Assembly: GCA_040754455.1 (NCBI GenBank)
Contig: JBFMCP010000047.1
Location: 1-21,466, forward strand
Length of the DNA: 21,466 bases
Source: Nitrospirota bacterium
GTDB taxonomy: Bacteria; Nitrospirota; Thermodesulfovibrionia; Thermodesulfovibrionales; Dissulfurispiraceae
Direction of reading: 5' to 3'
The position numbers and the translations under genes were made by a program. Shown piece by piece: positions 16,375-21,466 of this stretch (the first letter of the stretch is position 1; each line of letters opens with the position of its first letter). A model generated the notes under the pieces. That model was not told the origin of the DNA, searched no databases, and was given only the letters and a program-made list of their open reading frames with translations.

Positions 16375-16495
16375 AGGAATGCAGAGAAGCCGCATCAGCA
16401 GTTGTTAATGACAGAAAACATCTCTACACCGTGTTAGAGAAAGATACGGGAAGTCAAGCAGCACTTCCATCAAGAAAGGCGAACGCTGAAAGGCT

Positions 16496-18361
16496 ATGCT
16501 CTTTTTTACAAAAAGGAGAAATGGTACCGTTCCTTCCCCGACAGCAGCGGAGGGAGCTGCTGACAGTGCACCGGACAATGCAACAGACGCGTTTGTGTCT
16601 CTTTGTAAAATATGGGTGCCGAAGCTGAAGGGGATGGCTGCACAACTGCACACCATCTCGAAGGAGACAGAAGACGAGTTCCTCGCCCTTGGATCAAACC
16701 TCCAGGTCTTCTCCAGCGGCTGCTCGAAGAGCTCATCCGATGCCGCTGCCATTGTAACCATGATCGAGGGAGAAAACGGCCTCAATATACACGCCCTCAA
16801 GAGCCTCTTCGGCCAGGCCCATGATGAGGTGGAAACCTGTGCATCGTTTGTTGCAAACGGGCTCAACGGAATGGCCGATCTGCTCCCCCGAATCGATGAC
16901 ATTATAGAACTGAAGCTTTTTCTTGAGAGGCTCGCCCGCTCCGTCGGCATTCTGGGGACATTGATGAAGACAGAGACAGCCCGGATTACCGAGGATGATT
17001 TTACGACAATGACCGCGGTGGTTGATGAGCTGGGTCTGGACATCGAACGCAACACGGACGAAATAGATACAACAGCCAGGAGCGTCAAAAGCCTTCTCGT
17101 CTCGTCGCGTAATGAAATGCACACAAAGACCAGCCTGTTCAATGAGGCACTCCAAACAAACAAGATGCGTATTCACAATATTTTCGAAGAGATCAATGCC
17201 ATGACAACCCAGGCTGCTCAGTCGTGCCGCCGTATTGAAGATCGTGCAACGCAGGTCTCGCCGGAGATCGGCAAGGTCGTCGCTGCATTGCAGTACCATG
17301 ATATATGTCGCCAGCAAATGGAGCATGTGGGTGAGGTGCTTGAGGAGGTAGCTTCCAAGATAGCCTCCTCCGGGGAGGAAGGGAAGGCCGCGCTCCCCCA
17401 GTGGATCATCAATGCCCTTACCATTCAGATTTCCCAGCTCGAGCACGTCACCTCCGAAACCTCCAACTCGGCTGCAACCATTGCAGCACATCTCTCGACC
17501 GTAGCGGATCTCGCAAAAGACCAGGCACGGGAAATCGAGACCGTACTCGATGAGAGCGGCACGGGGGGGGACAGAATAACCAAAATACAGTCTGCTCTCG
17601 AATTTCTTTCAGCAACGCTGTCCGAAAGCAAGATCATGATCACCGATGTCAGCGGGACGGTGTCCGACGCAAACAGCAGTATCAGCGCTCTTTCCAGGCA
17701 GGTGGAAAACATTAAGGAGATCAGTGAAAACATAAATATCCTCGCCATGAATACCATACTGAAATCTTCCCGTACAGGGGAGACCGGGAAAGGCCTCGGG
17801 GTGCTTGCCAACGAGATACGAAAACTGTCAATCGCCGCGCAGACCAAGATCATGAAGGGAACCGAGACTATCACAGCAATCCTCAAAAGCTCGGCTGACC
17901 TCGAAAAAGCACTGTCCGATGACTTCAGCAAGAAACTCCTTTCGACCGACGAAATCATATTGCAAACCGAGCGTTCCCTGAAAGAGCTGACCGAAATTCA
18001 CGATAAGATAAAACGAGCAGTGGACCGGATTATATGCGATATAAAGTCGCTCGAGGCGGATATTACAAGAATCGTTTCCGGTATCACCTTCGGCACAACG
18101 GTAAAAACGCGCCTGGATACGATCATTGATGACCTCAGAGCAATGCTGGATGAAGCGGTGAAGAGCGTCCCCGATGGAGCAGAGGCATTCAGCCACGCCC
18201 CTCACCATCTCCACGACCTCGCGCATCGTTACACCATGCAGAGCGAGCGTAAAGTCCATGAGGAGGTGCTCAATGCAATAAGAAAGAGTGACGGCAGCGT
18301 TCCGGCAGAACAGAACAAAACAGGCAGCAGCGGTCTCGGAAACAACGTCGAACTATTTTAA
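16496..18361 (+). CDS. Soluble methyl-accepting chemotaxis-like protein
   Basis: Coiled-coil protein with no TM segment; divergent hairpin tip NINILAMNTILKSSRTGETGKGLGVLANEIRKLS; LQYHDICRQQMEHV; RYTMQSERKVH; ends NNVELF; lies upstream of STAS-cheY-cheA. Confidence 0.82.
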   Translation: MLFFTKRRNGTVPSPTAAEGAADSAPDNATDAFVSLCKIWVPKLKGMAAQLHTISKETEDEFLALGSNLQVFSSGCSKSSSDAAAIVTMIEGENGLNIHALKSLFGQAHDEVETCASFVANGLNGMADLLPRIDDIIELKLFLERLARSVGILGTLMKTETARITEDDFTTMTAVVDELGLDIERNTDEIDTTARSVKSLLVSSRNEMHTKTSLFNEALQTNKMRIHNIFEEINAMTTQAAQSCRRIEDRATQVSPEIGKVVAALQYHDICRQQMEHVGEVLEEVASKIASSGEEGKAALPQWIINALTIQISQLEHVTSETSNSAATIAAHLSTVADLAKDQAREIETVLDESGTGGDRITKIQSALEFLSATLSESKIMITDVSGTVSDANSSISALSRQVENIKEISENINILAMNTILKSSRTGETGKGLGVLANEIRKLSIAAQTKIMKGTETITAILKSSADLEKALSDDFSKKLLSTDEIILQTERSLKELTEIHDKIKRAVDRIICDIKSLEADITRIVSGITFGTTVKTRLDTIIDDLRAMLDEAVKSVPDGAEAFSHAPHHLHDLAHRYTMQSERKVHEEVLNAIRKSDGSVPAEQNKTGSSGLGNNVELF

Positions 18362-18374
18362 AGGGGGGATAGTT

Positions 18375-18719
18375 ATGGAGTACAAACTCGAGCAGTCCGG
18401 TGCAATGGGAATACTTACCATTGATGGAGAACTGACCGTGCAGTATGCGGATGAACTGAAATCGGCGTTATTGAAGTCACTCGACAATGTCGACCATCTC
18501 GTTCTCAATCTCGCAAAGGTAACTTCAATCGACCTCTCCTGCCTGCAGCTCCTCTGCTCGGCGCACCGCACCTCCGGAAAACTGAACAAGCAGTTATCCC
18601 TGCTCGGTGGCCGTCCCGAAGCGCTTCAACAGGCGGCGAAGAATGCGGGCTATCTGCGCCATGTCGGCTGTAATTACGATGCACATAAGGATTGCTTATG
18701 GAAGGAAAGGAGCACGTAA
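18375..18719 (+). CDS. STAS-domain protein (chemotaxis-associated)
   Basis: LTIDGELTV...LVLNLAKVTSIDLSCLQLL; SD AAGGGGGG before ATG 18375. Confidence 0.88.
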   Translation: MEYKLEQSGAMGILTIDGELTVQYADELKSALLKSLDNVDHLVLNLAKVTSIDLSCLQLLCSAHRTSGKLNKQLSLLGGRPEALQQAAKNAGYLRHVGCNYDAHKDCLWKERST

Positions 18720-19081
18720 TGGGCAAGACGATTATGACGGTGGACGACTCCGCCAGTATCCGGCAGATGGTAACGTTTACCCTGAAAGAGGCTGGGTATG
18801 ACGTTGTTGAGGCAGTTGACGGGAAGGATGCGCTCTCCAAAGTCAATGGGAACATCGGCATGGTCATTACCGACCTCAACATGCCCAATCTCGACGGCAT
18901 TGGGCTCATCAGGGAATTGCGGGCGAATGCCGCCTGCAAATTCATTCCCATCATCATGCTGACGACTGAATCGCAGGACAGCAAAAAACAGGAAGGCAAG
19001 GCGGCAGGGGCAACCGGCTGGATCGTCAAACCCTTTACGCCCGACCAGCTGCTGGCGGTCGTCAAAAAGGTGCTGGGATGA
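18719..19081 (+). CDS. cheY: Chemotaxis response regulator CheY
   Basis: Stand-alone receiver domain: VDDS, ITDLNMP, MLTTES, GATGWIVKPF. TAATG overlap with the STAS gene and ATGA overlap with cheA. Confidence 0.92.
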   Translation: MGKTIMTVDDSASIRQMVTFTLKEAGYDVVEAVDGKDALSKVNGNIGMVITDLNMPNLDGIGLIRELRANAACKFIPIIMLTTESQDSKKQEGKAAGATGWIVKPFTPDQLLAVVKKVLG

Positions 19082-21180
19082 GCAAAATCCCTGACAAGCA
19101 CCGGGAAGCCTTCAGGGAAGAGGCGAATGAGCTCCTTACCGAACTCGAAGACGCTCTGCTTGAGCTCGAGGAGACACCCGGCGATACGGAACTGATCGGT
19201 CGTGTCTTTCGGGCAATGCACACGATCAAAGGATCCGGAGCAATGTTCGGCTTTGAGGATATTGCTGCCTTTACCCATGAGATCGAGACCGTCTTCGACC
19301 AGGTGCGGAACGGGAAGATGGCCGTGAGCAAACAGCTCATCGACCTCACCCTGGCGGCACGCGACCAGATACGCTCCATGCTCGGCGGCAAGTCGGTCGA
19401 CGTGGTCAGGGCCGGTGAAATCGTTGCCGCTTTCAAGAACATGCTCCCCGGGGAGAAGGGCCGGGAGGAAGTTGCCCCCGTCCCCTCTGCTACCAAAAAA
19501 GAGGATGCCCAGACGCTGCATCCCGCTACCTACAGAATCAGGTTCCGTCCTGCAAAAACCATACTCATGACCGGTACAAACCCTCTCGGTCTTCTCGAAG
19601 AGATCAGACAACTCGGCAAGTGTGCCATTATTGCCCAAACAGATACCGTACCGACATTAAGCGATATAAACCCCGAGGAATGCTCTACGTATTGGGATAT
19701 CGTCTTGACCACCGATAAAGGTATCAATGCCGTCAAGGATGTCTTTATTTTTGTCGAGGACGGCTCGGAACTAAAAATCGATGTTATCGATGACGGCGGC
19801 CGGCTCGACAGGGATTCGGATTATAAGAAAATCGGAGAGATACTGATCGAACGGGGAGATTTGTCGAAAGATGATCTCGAGAGGATCCTTGCAGCCCAGA
19901 AGCGCATCGGCGAACTGCTCGTCGAATCAGGTGTTGTTGATCAAGGGCATATCCAGGCTGCTCTCGTCGAGCAGCAGCATGTAAAGGAGATCCGCAAGGA
20001 ACGTCAGGCAGCGGAGTCCATATCGAGCATACGCGTCCCCTCGGAAAAGCTCGATAAGCTCGTCGACCTCGTCGGCGAACTGGTGACTGTCCAGGCGCGA
20101 CTCAGCCAAACCGCTGCAAGCGGGAACGATGCGAGACTTATCTCTCTGGCCGAAGAGGTGGAACGGCTCACTGCGGAGCTCCGCGACAACACCATGAATA
20201 TCCGCATGCTGCCCATCGGCACAACGTTCACAAAGTTCAGGCGACTCGTGCGCGACCTTTCGAGCGAGCTGGGGAAAGAGATCGAGATGACCACCGACGG
20301 CGCAGAGACCGAGCTCGACAAGACAGTCATCGAAAAATTGAACGATCCTCTGGTACACCTTATCCGCAACAGCATCGATCACGGCATCGAGCCCCCCGAT
20401 GTCCGTGAGGCTGCCGGAAAGCCGCGAATGGGAACGGTGCATCTCGCTGCTTCCCATTCCGGCGCTTATGTGCTGATACAGATAAAGGATGACGGGAAAG
20501 GCCTCGATCCCGAGGTCATCCGCGCAAAAGCGATTGAAAAAGGTCTGATCACCGCTGATGCTGATGTGCCCGAAAAAGACCTCTTTGCGCTCATACTGAC
20601 CCCCGGTTTTTCGACAGCAAAGACGATCACAAACGTATCAGGCCGTGGGGTCGGAATGGATGTCGTCAAGCGCGCCATCGATGCTCTGAGAGGCACGATA
20701 GAAATCGCCAGCGAGAAAGGGAAGGGGTCGACGATCACCCTGAAGATACCGTTGACGCTCGCGATCATCGAGGGGTTGCTGGTAAAAATTGCAGAGAATT
20801 ACTTTGTCATTCCTCTTTCAGTTGTCAAGGAATGCGTTGAGCTCACCCGTGAGGATATAGCCGCTGCCCACGGCAGGGATCTCGCCAATGTGCGCGGCCA
20901 GCTCGTACCCTATATACCTCTAAGAAATCGGTTCTCTGTTGATGGCGAGCCGCCTGCAATCGAACAGATCGTCATCGTCGAATCCGAAGACAACCGGGTC
21001 GGCTTTGTCGTCGATCAGGTCATCGGAGAACATCAGACCGTCCTCAAATCATTAGGTAAATTCTACAAGCACATAGAAGGCATTTCGGGAGCTACCATAC
21101 TGGGGGATGGTACGGTGGCACTGATACTGGACATCCCTAAGCTCATTCGCGCTGTAGAGCAAGAAAACGTAGTTGTTTAA
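19078..21180 (+). CDS. cheA: Chemotaxis histidine kinase CheA
   Basis: Hpt FRAMHTIKGSG, dimerisation LDKLVDLVGELV, HLIRNSIDHGIE, DDGKG, GFSTA..SGRGVGMDVV, PLTLAII, C-terminal CheW-like domain. Confidence 0.97.
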   Translation: MSKIPDKHREAFREEANELLTELEDALLELEETPGDTELIGRVFRAMHTIKGSGAMFGFEDIAAFTHEIETVFDQVRNGKMAVSKQLIDLTLAARDQIRSMLGGKSVDVVRAGEIVAAFKNMLPGEKGREEVAPVPSATKKEDAQTLHPATYRIRFRPAKTILMTGTNPLGLLEEIRQLGKCAIIAQTDTVPTLSDINPEECSTYWDIVLTTDKGINAVKDVFIFVEDGSELKIDVIDDGGRLDRDSDYKKIGEILIERGDLSKDDLERILAAQKRIGELLVESGVVDQGHIQAALVEQQHVKEIRKERQAAESISSIRVPSEKLDKLVDLVGELVTVQARLSQTAASGNDARLISLAEEVERLTAELRDNTMNIRMLPIGTTFTKFRRLVRDLSSELGKEIEMTTDGAETELDKTVIEKLNDPLVHLIRNSIDHGIEPPDVREAAGKPRMGTVHLAASHSGAYVLIQIKDDGKGLDPEVIRAKAIEKGLITADADVPEKDLFALILTPGFSTAKTITNVSGRGVGMDVVKRAIDALRGTIEIASEKGKGSTITLKIPLTLAIIEGLLVKIAENYFVIPLSVVKECVELTREDIAAAHGRDLANVRGQLVPYIPLRNRFSVDGEPPAIEQIVIVESEDNRVGFVVDQVIGEHQTVLKSLGKFYKHIEGISGATILGDGTVALILDIPKLIRAVEQENVVV

Positions 21181-21244
21181 CAAGGCAATTGTATCAATGT
21201 TTGCCTTCTTCAACTTTAAACAGGGGGGGAAAGGAGAGCTGATT

Positions 21245-21466
21245 ATGGAAAGCGGGAACCACGGGCGGATCAAAACGACTCACTTCGGCACAGGAATCAG
21301 AGCACTGGTGCTCTGCTTGCTTTGGACAGGGCTTTCTTTTGCCGCACACCCGCTGATCACCGATGACACGGGCACAATGGGCAAAGGGAAATTCCAGGTT
21401 GAGGTGAACAGTGAGTTCAGCTACGACAAAGAAAAAGAAGACGGTATCACAACAAAAGAGAGAATG
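21245..21466 (+). CDS. Exported protein, probable outer-membrane beta-barrel ('transporter'/MetA-phenol-degradation-like), 3'-partial
   Basis: Open to the window end: MESGNHGRIKTTHFGTGIRALVLCLLWTGLSFA-AHPLITDDTGTMGKGKFQVEVNSEFSYDKEKEDG; signal peptide plus PLxTDDxGT motif; SD AAGGAG. Confidence 0.65.
   Translation, partial: MESGNHGRIKTTHFGTGIRALVLCLLWTGLSFAAHPLITDDTGTMGKGKFQVEVNSEFSYDKEKEDGITTKERM

Noticed and set aside
16251..16628. 125-aa ORF with a hydrophobic start upstream of the MCP-like gene
   Set aside because: TTG start without SD, spans the sigma28 promoter and overlaps the MCP-like gene out of frame.
1..21466. CRISPR array, rRNA, prophage or recognisable anti-phage defence operon
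   Set aside because: No repeat-spacer periodicity or such genes are seen. The caspase-like gene appears exported and riboswitch-controlled, with no adjacent gasdermin, NLR or cyclase-like partner.

Overview
This is a bacterial chromosomal window of moderate GC. The gene content and repeat style suggest a Gram-negative Nitrospirota/Desulfobacterota-like organism (inference only). Left end: a junction of two truncated IS elements (IS3-family on the - strand, IS256-family on the + strand with its terminal IR) and a MITE-like element with nested REP-type palindromes. Next is a long, tightly coupled - strand operon: tRNA-Leu(TAA), galU, hsp20, lon, thiL, DUF2062, rimO, an M50 protease and a TrmH-family methylase. 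Then come tldD, lpxC behind a sigma54-type promoter, and a convergent two-gene unit. That unit encodes a winged-helix/nucleotidyltransferase protein with a degenerate catalytic motif and a 22-aa Lys/Ala peptide absent from the ORF track. After tsaC, a c-di-GMP-I (GEMM) riboswitch with a terminator platform precedes a secreted caspase-like (C14) protein, followed by an isoaspartyl peptidase/asparaginase. The window ends with the start of a chemotaxis cluster (soluble MCP-like, STAS, cheY, cheA with tandem MshEN-like motifs, partial outer-membrane protein) behind sigma54- and sigma28-type promoters. The best candidates for undescribed biology are the degenerate-MNT plus basic micropeptide unit and the c-di-GMP-linked riboswitch-caspase and CheA-MshEN features. 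All calls come from reading motifs by eye; no searches were run.
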